A stretch of DNA of 64,000 nucleotides from the human T2T-CHM13v2.0 reference genome, Homo sapiens. Below are positions 28,731 through 40,184 of this stretch, one piece after another; positions within the stretch are counted from its first letter, which is position 1, and each line of letters opens with the position of its first letter. The notes below the pieces were generated by a model. The model saw only the letters and a program-made list of their open reading frames with translations. It did no database searches and was not told where the DNA came from. Both the position numbers and the translations under genes were made by a program. The DNA is taken from the NCBI RefSeq assembly GCF_009914755.1, contig NC_060940.1. The stretch is one strand, 5' to 3'.

Positions 28731-31043
28731 TCAGTTTTGTAACTGAAGGCTGTTGATAATTTCTTCTCTCTCTCTTTGAATAATGAAATGCAAATGCCTT
28801 TTAGCAATGGCAGCATTCAAATCCCACAAAAAATCAAGCAGGGCCCCCTTAAGGAGTACCTCCATTGGCACAAACTGTAAAACCTGCTGGGGTGAGTCAG
28901 AGTTGAGCAAAGTGCTCAACAATTCATTCACACTCTGCAAATATCGGAAAACTGGATTTGGAAGGTCCTGATAACCAACACATAGCAGGACTGCGCAGGT
29001 CCTCAGGGGATCAGAGGATGTGGGACAAACAAAAGTGATGAATCTAAAACAACTGTGGAGTACAAAGATCAAACCAGCCATAAATCTTGTGAAGCAAGAA
29101 AGTACAGGCAAAATCATAACATCTCCTGTATGAAGCTCCCGCAATGAATGTAGAAGGCAGTCCAAAAATAAACGCTGGTAAGTTGGATCTCCATCATGAA
29201 GCAATGAACAGCTAAAAGTTGTGAGTTCAGCTGATTCTAGGAGTCGAACTTCCAACGGTATATGCATTTTGATATTACGGAGAGTCGAAAAGCCCACCAG
29301 CAGGCACTTTATTTGATTGCTGGGTACTACAACCTGCTCATCCTGAAGGCACTCAGTAAGGCTACACAACTCGGAAAATATCAGTTCTTCAGAAAAAACA
29401 TGACAAGAACAAGAATACTGCTGTTTTGGCCTAAACTTGGAATCCAAATTAAAAGCTCCTCCTAATGACTTTTCAATTGCTTCATTAAGAGTTTTTAAAA
29501 TTTCACCATTGCAAAAAGGAGAACATTTTACCTTTGGCAGTTTCTTTCCCTCCAAAATATGCCATAAGTGACACTCAAGATTGGAAGCTGTTCCTTCTAA
29601 AATAGAACTCTGCCCAGGATGATATACACCATGTTCTTCAGCCCAACTATTAAAGTATCCTTTGGCTACTTTATCTTTCCATGAAAGGGCTTCTAGCATC
29701 TTCCTTTCATTATAAGTTTTAAAATATTTGTTCCTCTGCCCAAACCATTTTGTATTTGTACTACAACCAATACTAGATTTTTTTACTAGCCAATTATTTC
29801 TGGAAAGATGTTTCAGTTGAAATTTTTGCATAAAATATTGTATAGCACAATCCCTTAAATTATTCAGCTTTTCTTGTTCCGCCTTTCCCATGCACTCAAA
29901 TAGACGAATGTTTTCAGAAATAGTCTCTAGCTGATATTTATGAAAGAACACACAACATTCTTCATGTCTCTTAAGAAAAGAATCAGGAATCACATGATGG
30001 GGAAAAAGGGCTTTCCTTTTCATTTCAGTCCCAAAATTCAAGGTCATCTTAGATAACAGAGGATGGATGGCCTCTCTCCCCTTATAGTGGAGGCAAACCA
30101 CATAGACTTCGGAGTTTCCTGCCTTGCTAGTAGCAGGTTTGAAAACATGGACTTGGTCAAAACAACAGTTTAGCAGGTACATCAAGTTTATGGAACAATG
30201 TTCAAACATAGTAAACATCTTTAGAACAAAAGAGCCACCGTTTCCAAGAGTGGTCAGAGCAGTGACAACTTCACAGTAATGCAAAGAAGAAACTAAAGCT
30301 TCTTGTTCACCTGGGTTTCCTTGGCAATCAAAACTCCCATCTGCAGTGACCAAGTGAACAGTAGCCATGCTGCTTATGAAATTCTGAAGTCCAGTCAAGA
30401 ATTTCAGGGTCATGATATCACCAGTGTTATCTGGACCAAAGTACCACCAGTGCAAGGTATTTGCAATAAGCCGGTCATCCATAATCATCATGAGGTCGTC
30501 ATTTGCTTCATGGTATGGATTCAGAGTATTCGCTACCCAACTCCAATGACAAGGAAACCGATGGGATTTTAAGTAGTGGTTGAGACTAGCTATAAAAGCT
30601 CCTGGAGCTTCACAAAGGTGTAGAGAATTCAGTTTTCCATTCTGAAAAGCTTCCTGTGGAATAAGTGGAAAGCTGCACAAAATCTCATGGAACTTACACC
30701 ATGCTTGAGTACAAAGTTCAGCATTCACAGATTTTCTAACATGAGAAATGATTTTCCCTGCTTTATTAGTGAAAGCAGTGTGCTCATGCCACTCATCCAG
30801 TTTCTTATCACTCAGTAGGTTTTTTACTTCATTTAGGGAGTTCTTCAAATCAAGAAATGCATTAAATTCAGTGTGGTCACAGGTGAAAATCTCACTGGGA
30901 TCTGGTAACTGCCACTCATTATTAAGTGGCTTGCCATAAGAAAAGTTCTTGGCAAAGAGTTCAAAAATGTCAGCAAGAATATCTGGGCTGAATGACGCGG
31001 GACTTGCTAGCTGCTGAACTGGTGTCTTTCTGCACTTACTCAT
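28731..31043 (-). CDS. CMTR2: Cap-specific mRNA (nucleoside-2'-O-)-methyltransferase 2 (CMTR2/FTSJD1), 770 aa, entire CDS in one exon
   Basis: Uninterrupted 2313-nt ORF from ATG at 31043 ([10 protein letters not shown]...) to TGA. RrmJ/FtsJ-type motifs: K117 (AWCKF), SAM loop [11 protein letters not shown]235 (VTADGS), K275 (FVLKMF), E312 (NSEVY). The ORF-track start at 31049 is a TTG two codons upstream. Confidence 0.98.
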   Translation of the reverse strand: MSKCRKTPVQQLASPASFSPDILADIFELFAKNFSYGKPLNNEWQLPDPSEIFTCDHTEFNAFLDLKNSLNEVKNLLSDKKLDEWHEHTAFTNKAGKIISHVRKSVNAELCTQAWCKFHEILCSFPLIPQEAFQNGKLNSLHLCEAPGAFIASLNHYLKSHRFPCHWSWVANTLNPYHEANDDLMMIMDDRLIANTLHWWYFGPDNTGDIMTLKFLTGLQNFISSMATVHLVTADGSFDCQGNPGEQEALVSSLHYCEVVTALTTLGNGGSFVLKMFTMFEHCSINLMYLLNCCFDQVHVFKPATSKAGNSEVYVVCLHYKGREAIHPLLSKMTLNFGTEMKRKALFPHHVIPDSFLKRHEECCVFFHKYQLETISENIRLFECMGKAEQEKLNNLRDCAIQYFMQKFQLKHLSRNNWLVKKSSIGCSTNTKWFGQRNKYFKTYNERKMLEALSWKDKVAKGYFNSWAEEHGVYHPGQSSILEGTASNLECHLWHILEGKKLPKVKCSPFCNGEILKTLNEAIEKSLGGAFNLDSKFRPKQQYSCSCHVFSEELIFSELCSLTECLQDEQVVVPSNQIKCLLVGFSTLRNIKMHIPLEVRLLESAELTTFSCSLLHDGDPTYQRLFLDCLLHSLRELHTGDVMILPVLSCFTRFMAGLIFVLHSCFRFITFVCPTSSDPLRTCAVLLCVGYQDLPNPVFRYLQSVNELLSTLLNSDSPQQVLQFVPMEVLLKGALLDFLWDLNAAIAKRHLHFIIQREREEIINSLQLQN

Positions 31044-31110
31044 TTTCAAATCAAATTAAAATCTAGGAAGAGAAAACACATAATTAAATGAATCAAATTT
31101 ATTAGTGAGC
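31044..31110 (-). other. CMTR2: Splice acceptor and branch point of the CMTR2 coding exon; 19-nt 5'UTR portion
   Basis: Minus strand reads gctcactaat...tgtgttttctcttcctAG|ATTTTAATTTGATTTGAAA-ATG. AG is at 31064-31063 and the exon starts at 31062. Confidence 0.85.
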
Positions 31111-32561
31111 GAAATCTCATGAGCAGCAAATACGATCACACTCATGACAAACTCCATAAAATGGGAAGGCTAAAGTCAGCATACTCTGTTATTTAACCAA
31201 GTAATTTGGAATAATGAAAAAGGCTTTGATATCCAAGACCTGGGTTCAAATTCCAGCTCTGCTAATTATGGCTTAATAAGCACCCTTGGGCAAATTCCAT
31301 CTCTTGGATTTGGTTTCTTCTCATTAAAAAAAAAAAGCGTATCATTTTTTAAGAAGAAGATAAAACATACTAGCATATAAAAAACATATAACAAAGCATA
31401 ATCATCAGTGAATGACAGCTCTGATTATCATAGTAACCCATCTAACTCTTCCCCAAAGTTCTTCCCTACCAATGACTGTGACAACACCTACATGACCTCA
31501 AACAAATCCATCCTTAGAGATTCATCCCTGGACATGACCTTTGTTCAAGCTCTAACATGTGACTTTTCATTTTTTTTTTTTTAGTTCCCGTCATACTTTA
31601 CCTCCTTCAGGGAGAGGATCATGTACCTGAACCCAGTACTGATCCTGCCACAAGCCACTTACCTCACTAGTAGGATTGTTGAATACATCCTCTGTCCAGA
31701 TTTCATTCTCTAAGACAGGCACTTTGGTGGTACCAATCACCTATACAGGTCATCAACTAACGTTCATCATCATACTGCTTGTAAACTGTGCTGTACTTGA
31801 GTGGTTAGCCTTTTTCTGCTTGATGCTGAAAGTGACCAACTGTTTACCCGGTATGTCTCAAACTATAGATTCCTGGCTTTCATATGGTTCAGACAGCTCC
31901 ACACTTCCACCATAACATATCATTATTTCTTCTAGCCACTAAAACTTAACACTTGGATAGCAGAATTTTATACTGAAGAAATATACATATTGAATATACA
32001 AATTACAAATAGTCACTCTACATACTCTGGCAGTCAACACTGCCAAAGAAACCAGAAACAAAGAAACCTCTTCCTTCTGAAGAGGAAAAAGGATATGAGA
32101 AGTATGGCTTAATGGCATAGTTTTGGAAAAGTTACAAATTCCAGCAGGGAGAGCAATGAATATTACATGGTACCTGTTAGTGCAATGTTAATCAATAGAT
32201 GCTTTAGTTCACAAATTCTGCACTTATTTAGCATACACAATGCATTCTACAAATGATTTTCAAAAAAATCTGAATTTGTTAAATATGAAAAAATTGGCAA
32301 TCAAATCATCACTCCAGAAAAGCAGATGTTCAAGGACAAAATGAGAAACAAAGGGAACTACTGCTGTAATACATACAATAATATTCAGATGATGTTTCTT
32401 TTAGCATTTACTTTGTACTGTTCTTTTAGCACACTTTTTTCATTCTTTCTTATTTTGTTTAAATTATTTGCAAGTCTACTCTACCAGTTTGTAATTTCCT
32501 TGAAGTAACAGGTGTCTTCTTAGTCATTTGTTTGCCACGGTATATTTATATTAAAAAAAAG

Positions 32562-32851
32562 TTTTTTTTTGAGACAGGGTCTCACTCTGCTACCCAGGCT
32601 GGAGTGCAGTGGCACAGGTCATAGCTCCCTGCAGCCTTGACCTCTTCCCAGGCTCAAAGGATCCTCCCACCTCAGCCTCCAAAGGAGTTGGGACTACAGA
32701 CGTGCACCACCACACCCAGTTAGTTAAAAAAAAAATTGTGGAGATGGGGTCTTGCTCTGTTGCCCAGGCTGGTCTCAAAATCCTGGGCTCAAGCAATCCC
32801 TCCAACTCGGCCTTCCAAGGTGCTGGGATTACAGGTGTCAGCCACTATGCC
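32562..32851 (-). mobile_element. AluJ in the CMTR2 intron
   Basis: tttgagacagggtctcactctg...gctgggattacaggtgtcagccac. Confidence 0.9.
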
Positions 32852-33189
32852 TGTTTTTTGTTTGTTTCTTTTTTACTGGTAGAGCTATATTTAGACAAAT
32901 TTCTAAAGGAAGACAAAACTGAGGTGTTTCCACATTCACTAAAATCTTAAAATAAGGGCATATAAAAGTTTTTTTCAACAAGCTCCTCTGTCTTAATTCG
33001 CATTGTGCTTGCTGGAAACTACAGCCATGTTTAGATCTCATCTATACTCTATTTCGGAAAAAGTCTAATTTTAATCATTAACTTCACATACTAATTAACG
33101 GCTGTAGTTAAGCTGTGAAACCTTACCTAAGCTAATAGGAAATTACCTTCACATGAGGACAACTTAAGTGATTCAGACACTCCACCGTT

Positions 33190-33670
33190 CTGACTATACT
33201 TTTGCTGTGTTGCCACCTAATTTTTATTACTACTCCCTTACTCACTACTCCAGCCAAACAGGCCTTTCTGCTGTTCACTGAAGACACCAAGCACATTCCA
33301 AGACAAAAGTCTTTCTGCATTGGTGGTCCCTCTGCCTGGAATGCTCTTTCCCCAGCTGTCAGCACAGCTAACTCCTTCACCTCCTTCCAATATTTGCTCA
33401 AATGTCATTTTCTCAGTGAAGCCTACCTAAGATTGCATCTTGCATTCCCCATGCCTCTTACCTCGCTGTATTTTTTTCCTATGGTACTCATGTACTTCCA
33501 ACCTATAACTTCCTTCTTTTTGTTTACTGTTTATTATTTGTCTTCCCCAAACTAGAATGTAAGCTCCACAGGACAGAGATCTTTGTTTTGTTTACACATA
33601 GACCATTCCAAGAAGTTGGACATTGCCTGGTACACAGTAAGCACTCAGTATTACTGAATAAATGAGTGGA
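33190..33670 (+). mobile_element. L2 3' end in the CMTR2 intron
   Basis: ccctctgcctggaatgctctt...actagaatgtaagctcc...gcctggtacacagtaagcactcagta. Confidence 0.75.
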
Positions 33671-34000
33671 TATCATACTTAGCACAAAAGGGATCTCTCT
33701 CTTCAGGTTCTGAATATGAGTCATTAATAGTGCACCTCAACTTCACTCCAGCACTTAAATGCATGACTTAAAAAAAAAAAAAAAAGCATGTGGCTTACAG
33801 CGTGTGTGGAAAAATTTTCCAGTATATGATCCTCTGAGCCTTTCATTAAACAGTCCTTTGAGCTTTGTGACATCATAATTCTGCTAAGTGGGTCGCTATT
33901 ACCATTCTCATATTGCAAACTCAAGTAGGCAGTTATGTAGCCCCCGCCCAAATTAGTGAACCCAAAACAAAACCCACAAGATCTCATCAACAGTTTTTAC

Positions 34001-34128
34001 CTCACAGCTGACACTTATAAAGGAGTTCCAAGTGCTTCCGCCAACTCCTCCTACCAGCAACTGTGAAAACAACGGCCAGTGAGTATCCAGGGCTGACTTT
34101 GGGCCGGGCACCCCATATCTCATTTCAT
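34001..34128 (-). other. CMTR2: Candidate CMTR2 5'UTR exon with one donor and two alternative acceptors
   Basis: Donor GAG|GTAAAA at 34001/34000. Acceptors gttgttttcacAG| (exon start 34060) and cttacttcactAG| (exon start 34128). Confidence 0.55.
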
Positions 34129-34149
34129 CTAGTGAAGTAAGTCCCAAAC

Positions 34150-34860
34150 CCCACTCCAGAGGCCCGGTCCCTGACCTGGAGGAAACTCAGTCCCAGCCCC
34201 TGGCTCACCCGCTGGGAAGTCGAAGGAGGGCCCGGAATCGTACCCAGGCCTGGATTACCTTCGCCCACGCCCACTGGGGCCCCAGTGTCTGGAGAGGCTG
34301 CACTTTACTCTCTCGAGGAAGCCATTCTGCACTTCCGCTCTCGGGGCTGCTTCCCGGGATGGTCCCTCCCTTTGGGTCCGCGGCGCCTCCAGCCACAAGG
34401 CAGGGAGATGGTGCGCCGGACTGGGGGGAAGGCTGTCCGGACCCGCCCTCGCGGCACCGGGAAGCCAGTCCCACCTCCGGGCCCCGCAGCCGCGAATGCC
34501 GGCAGACAGGGACCAGGAGGCACTCAAGTCCCACTGCGCACGCGCCCTGTAGGCCGGGCCGGAGTCACGTGCGCCAACGTTACGCACGCCGGCGACTCTC
34601 GCCTCGCCTAGGCCTCAGCTCCCTAGGTTTTGCTTCGCGGAGTACAGAAGCTGGGAGGCGCCAGCCTCCCGCCCCCGGCCACTATGGCAACGGAAGCGGC
34701 GCGCGCAGGCGGAGCATTCTTTGGCTCCGTCCCGAAGAGGGGTGAAAGGGAGAGGGACAGGGAGGCGAAGGGGAGGGGGAGGGGGAGGGAGGGAAGGGAC
34801 GGGGCAAACCTGTCTGTCAGGACGTGCTGGTTCCGCTCACTGGCTGCTGGCCCCAAGGGC
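34150..34860. promoter_or_regulatory. CMTR2: CpG-island promoter / first exon(s) of CMTR2
   Basis: Very GC- and CpG-rich. NRF1-like TGCGCACGCGC 34535-34545, E-box GTCACGTG 34564-34571, RFX-like half site CTATGGCAAC 34682-34691 abutting ETS CGGAAG 34691-34696. Minus-strand donors CGG|GTGAGC (34209) and AAG|GTAATC (34259). Confidence 0.9.
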
Positions 34861-35297
34861 TTTCAGACTCTTCTGGACAGTTGTTACTTCCTGTACAGAC
34901 TGGGTTGAAACTGCAGCTCAAAAGACGATAGGTTAAAAGCCAAACTAGGGAACTGCAAGATAAGATTGTTTATATATACATGACATAATATATATTAATT
35001 ATGTTGCTTAATAAGCCAATAAGAAAAAGGCCAACAACCCCAGAAGGAAAATGAGCAAATATTAGAACAGGCCTCCCAAAAAACAAAAAAGTCAAACAAA
35101 TAGCCACTAAGGATATACAAAACTGTTTAAACTATTATTAGACAAGAATGGAAATGAAAACAGCAAGTTTTCTTTTTACTCGGTTTAGCAAAGATGTAAA
35201 ACCTTGGTAATGACCACTGTTGGTGTGACTATGGGGAAACAGGTTTACATCTGTGGATGGAAGAAAAACGTTATTAGAAACCTTACGGAAGGCAAAC

Positions 35298-35526
35298 TTA
35301 TTTATTTGTTTGTTTACTGAAACAAGGTCTTACCCTCACCCAGGCTGGTGTGCAGTGGCTCGATCTCGGCTCACTGCAGCCTCAACTTCCCCGGGCTCAC
35401 GCGATCCTCCTAGAGAGATGGCATCTCCCTATCTTAGGCTGGTCTGGAACTCCTGGACTCAAGCGATCCGTTGGTCTCGGCCACCCAAAGTGCTGGGATT
35501 ACAGGCATGAGCCAAGCCGCCTAGCC
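35298..35526 (-). mobile_element. Alu (J-like) with internal deletion
   Basis: Antisense Alu lacking the middle A-rich region; TSD gaaggcaaac at 35288-35297 / 35529-35538. Confidence 0.85.
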
Positions 35527-35560
35527 CAGAAGGCAAACGTTGAAAAGAGACATGCACTTT

Positions 35561-35850
35561 GGCTGGGCGCAGTGGCTCACGCCTGTAATCCCAGCATTTT
35601 GAGAGGCCGAGGCGAGCGGATCACGAGGTCAAGAGTCCGAGACCAGCCTGACCAACATAGTGAAACCCCGTCTCTACTAATAATGCAAAAAATTAGCCAG
35701 GCGTGGTGGCGGGCGCCTGTAATCCTAGCTACTTGGGAGGCTGAGGCAGGAGAATCGCTTGAACCCGGGAGGCGGAGGTTGGAGCGAGCCGAGATCTCAC
35801 CACTGCACACCAGCCCAGGCGACAGTGCGAGACTCCGTCTCGGGAAAAAA
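35561..35850 (+). mobile_element. AluS (Sg-like), CpG-rich
   Basis: Full dimer with flanking aaaagag(g)acatgca repeats. Confidence 0.92.
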
Positions 35851-36523
35851 AGAGGACATGCATTTTAACCCAGCAATTCCTCCTCCTCGCAGTTTATCCT
35901 TAGGAGATAATTAAACAGCTGGCACTCACTTTGGACAAAATGTTCATTTCAGCATCTCAATAACATAGCCAAATGGAAATACTCTAAATGTCTACTTTAA
36001 GAGAATTAATTAAATTATTACAGTACATCTATATAATGCACATATATGCATTATATGCAGCCATTAATAGGCTGTATGTGTCAACAGTATTGCATGAAAA
36101 TAGAAGAATATTAGAATTATGTGTAGAGTTTTTAACCATTTATGTAAATAGATATATAGACATAAATGTAAAATTCATTTTTTACAAGTCTTCCAGAACA
36201 TGGACCAATGGAGAAAAGATTATATTTTCACAAAATAGTGGTAGGTCATTTGTGTCTCTCCATGCAAAAAAAATTGTATTTGGACCCTCCTTACATCATA
36301 AACAAAAATACATTTCATTTGGATTGTCAGTCTGTATTTTAAAAGTTAATAAGAAAACATAAGAGAACATCTTTGCAACCTTGAAGTAGTCAAAAAGTTT
36401 ATAACAGGACACAAAATACTAATCATAAAGGAAAAATGTATAAATTGAACTATATTAAAACTAAAAATATCTATTCAAAAGACACCATTCAGAGTGAAAA
36501 GGCAACCTACAGAGTGGGAGAAG

Positions 36524-36524
<1 letters not shown>

Positions 36525-36560
<36 letters not shown>
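36525..36560. repeat. (TG)18 microsatellite
   Basis: Read directly. Confidence 0.95.
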
Positions 36561-36568
<8 letters not shown>

Positions 36569-36599
36569 AATATATATATACAGTAGAAAAATGGACAGA

Positions 36600-36953
<354 letters not shown>

Positions 36954-37581
36954 TCAAAAAGATATATCCAAAAGGCCTATAAACATATGAAAACGTGTTA
37001 AACCTCATTAGTCTTTGGGAAAATGCAAACCAAAACCACAATAAGATACCATTACACACCCACCAGAATGGCTAAAATGAAAAAGACTGAAAACGTGTTA
37101 GGGAAGATGGAGAGAAACCACTGAAAAACTGTTTGAAAGAAAATGATCTTCCAGACTCACTGGTTGGTTGCCTTTTCTTCTTCTTTTTTTTTTTTTTTTT
37201 TATATATTTCAGTTTTTTGAGGTGTACATATATACAGTGAAATGCTCAGATCATAAGTGTTCTATTCAACTACTTTTGACAAATGGCTATTAAATATTCC
37301 AGAAAGTACCCTTGTGCTCCATCCCAATCCATCTCCCACCTTCAAGAAGCACCCACCCATCTGTTTTCTGTCGCCATAGTTTAGTTCTACCTATTCCAGA
37401 ATTTTATATAAGTTCAATCATTACAGCTTATGCCTTTTTGTTTCCAGCCCCTTTAGATTCAGTTAAATATTTATCCATGCTGTTGTATGTGTCTAGTATT
37501 TCCCTTAACATATAAAACAGAGCTCTGAGTGAGCATTGAGTGAACAGCATCGGACTTGGTGGAGACAAGAGGAATGTTCTT

Positions 37582-37874
37582 TTTTATTATTATTATACTT
37601 TAAGTTCTAGGGTACATGTGCACAACATGCCAGTTTGTTACATATGTATACATGTGCCATGTTGGTGTGCTGCACCCATTAACTTGTCATTTGCATTAGG
37701 TATATCTCCCAATGTTATCCCTCCCCCCTCCCCCCACCCCACAACAGGCTCCAGTGTGTGATGTTCCCCATCCTGTGTCCAAGTGTTCTCATTGTTCAGT
37801 TCCCACCTATGAGTGAGAACATGCAGTGTTTGGTTTTCTATCCTTGCGATAGTTTGCTCAGAATGATGGTTTCT
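37582..37874 (-). mobile_element. L1PA 3'UTR fragment
   Basis: ttattatactttaagttctagggtacatgtgcac...; TSD ggaatgttctt at 37571-37581 / 37875-37885. Confidence 0.92.
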
Positions 37875-38146
37875 GGAATGTTCTTGTAGTTTATATGTTT
37901 GATCTGTTTGTCTGATTCAGTGGAACACCACACAGCATTGGTATTGACTATTATACAATCTTAAATTGTTCCTATTCTTTGTCACTTGGTGTTCCATTTA
38001 GTCTCTTCTTGCTGCATGGAATGGACCACTGGTTAAAGGCAGCAAAGACAGTGCTCCTAAGGGAACACTAATGTTGAAATCCAGAAGTTGATAAGAATTT
38101 TGAACCTGATAATTCTTTCACTTTCTCTTAAGAGCTTCATTAGATC

Positions 38147-38463
38147 TCTTTCCTTCTTCCTTTTTCTTTTCTTTCTCTTCTTTCTCTTTCTTTCTTTTTC
38201 TTTTCTTTCTTCTTTCTTTCTTCCTTTTTCTTTCTTCCTTTCTTTCTTCCCTCCCTCCCTCCCTCCCTCCCTCCCTCCCTCCCTTCCTTCCTTCCTTCCT
38301 TCCTTCCTCCTTCCTTGAGACAGGGTCTTGCTCTGTTGCCCAGGCTAGAGTGCAGTGGCACCACCATAGCTCACTGCCACGTCAAACTCCTGGGCTCAAG
38401 GGATGGTCTCGCTTGGGCCTCCCAAAGTGCTGAGATTCCAGGCATGAGCCACCGCACCCAGCC
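38147..38463 (-). mobile_element. Short Alu (monomer or internally deleted) with expanded (CTTT)/(CCCT)/(CCTT) tail
   Basis: Polypyrimidine tract 38147-38315 followed by ttgagacagggtcttgctctg...gagccaccgcacccagcc. Confidence 0.85.
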
Positions 38464-38969
38464 CTTCACTAGATCTTTGTATAGCATTCTGATCGAAATT
38501 TTCACACAACACTTATGCTATCAAAACACAATGTTAAGAGAAAATATAGTAAAAACTATAACCAATTCGTGTGTTATACTATTGGGTAGAACATCTACAT
38601 TGTGGTATTTGTGGGAAAGTGCTTGTAAGCAGCAGCCTGAATCTTTTTTCTTAGTATTTAGAAGCAAAAGTTATGAAAACAAATTAATTGATCTGTAAGG
38701 ATAAATACAAGAATTCTAAACATCAGGTCAGGAAAGCAGTTTTTGTCTACTTTTAATGCTGTAACACACAATTAAACTTCACTTTGCACATTATACATTC
38801 AGTACTAAAATTCAATGTGAAATGTCTTTCTTAAAATTTATTTCTCAGTAATTCATGTTTTTCTTTCTTACATAGTGAATTTCAAGTTAACTAAACAGTG
38901 TGAGTCACTAAGTTGGGGAAAACTCAAAGTGTATTTTATATGTTATAAATATCATTAAAAATTATGTTT

Positions 38970-40184
38970 GGGAGTGCGCGCGGGCGCGTGCGGGAGGGGG
39001 CGGGTGGGGAAGGATCGCAGGCGAGATTACGAGATTACGAGGCAGGCGAGGCTCGCGCGCCCGCCCCCGCCCTGGCCCCCAGTGCCCACCCGGTCGGCCC
39101 GGCACAGCCATGATCAAGGCGATCCTAATCTTCAACAACCACGGGAAGCCGCGGCTCTCCAAGTTCTACCAGCCCTACAGTGAAGATACACAACAGCAAA
39201 TCATCAGGGAGACTTTCCATTTGGTATCTGAGATGAAAATGTTTGTAATTTCCTAGAAGGAGGATTATTAATTGGAGGATCTGACAACAAACTGATTTAT
39301 AGACATTATGCAACGTTATATTTTGTCTTCTGTGTGGATTCTTCAGAAAGTGAACTTGGCATTTTAGATCTAATTCAAGTATTTGTGGAAACAGACAAAT
39401 GTTTTGAAAATGTCTGTGAGCTGGATTTGATTTTCCATGTAGACAAGGTTCACAATATTCTTGCAGAAATGGTGATGGGGGGAATGGTATTGGAGACAAA
39501 TATGAATGAGATTGTTACACAAATTGATGCACAAAATAAGCTGGAAAAATCTGAGGCTGGCTTAGCAGGAGCTCTAGCCCGTGCTGTATCAGCTGTAAAG
39601 AATATGAATCTTCCTGAGATCCCAAGAAATATTAACATTGGTGACATCAGTATAAAAGTGCCAAACCTGCCCTCTTTTAAATAAAAATGTAAAAAGGCCA
39701 CTCCCAGGTAAAATCCAGGGGGAAGAGTCATCTAAGTTTACCATGCAGTTGTTTACCAAAAATAGAGAAGGAGAGTCTTAACTTTTGCTCTTGGATTTAA
39801 GTCAAGGTACTGTATAGAAGTTGTGTAAAATCAGTATGAAAGTTCAATGTTGCTGTTCTTGCTCAGTGATTTTAAAGAAATTGAGTAGTTCCTATGTGAT
39901 TTTTTTTTCTTTTCTAAACTGCATTCCTGTGCCCACCTACGGCATGCCTCTATGTATTGGCTACTACAGTGTTTTAAAAAGTGTTTCAGATATTTCTCTA
40001 ATTATGTACAACCTAAAATGTTGGTGTTTTGTATGGATCACAAGTGCAGCATTCCTTAATTCCTTCTGCTATATGTCACACAATTGTTATTTAAAGAACC
40101 AAGTATGTATTGCATGAAAACATTATGACCTTTTTCTCTTATTTAAATAAACTCCAAGGTAACTGGACTTCTAAAAAAAAAAAA
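38970..40184 (+). pseudogene. Processed pseudogene of AP3S1 (AP-3 sigma-1 subunit)
   Basis: Intronless. GC-rich 5'UTR, ATG at 39110 (MIKAILIFNNHGKPRLSKFY...), original stop at 39682-39684 (...KVPNLPSFK), 3'UTR, AATAAA 40146-40151, poly(A) 40173-40184. TSD attatgttt (38961-38969 / 40186-40194) preceded by TT/AAAA. A 4-nt deletion after 39229 gives a stop at 39254-39256. Confidence 0.95.

Noticed and set aside
28783-30939. Short plus-strand ORFs antisense to CMTR2
   Set aside because: Short shadow frames of the real CDS with no independent support.
31044-31049. 772-aa version of CMTR2 starting 'MK' at 31049
   Set aside because: The extra start is TTG; the first ATG is at 31043, giving 770 aa.
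34205-34936. Many overlapping 70-128-aa ORFs in the CpG island
   Set aside because: Stop codons are scarce in GC-rich DNA, many of these ORFs use non-ATG starts, and none has a recognisable domain.
39334-39684. 116-aa ORF as a functional AP3S1-like gene
   Set aside because: It starts at GTG downstream of a frameshift in a poly(A)/TSD-flanked retrocopy and lacks the N-terminal 75 aa and Leu97.
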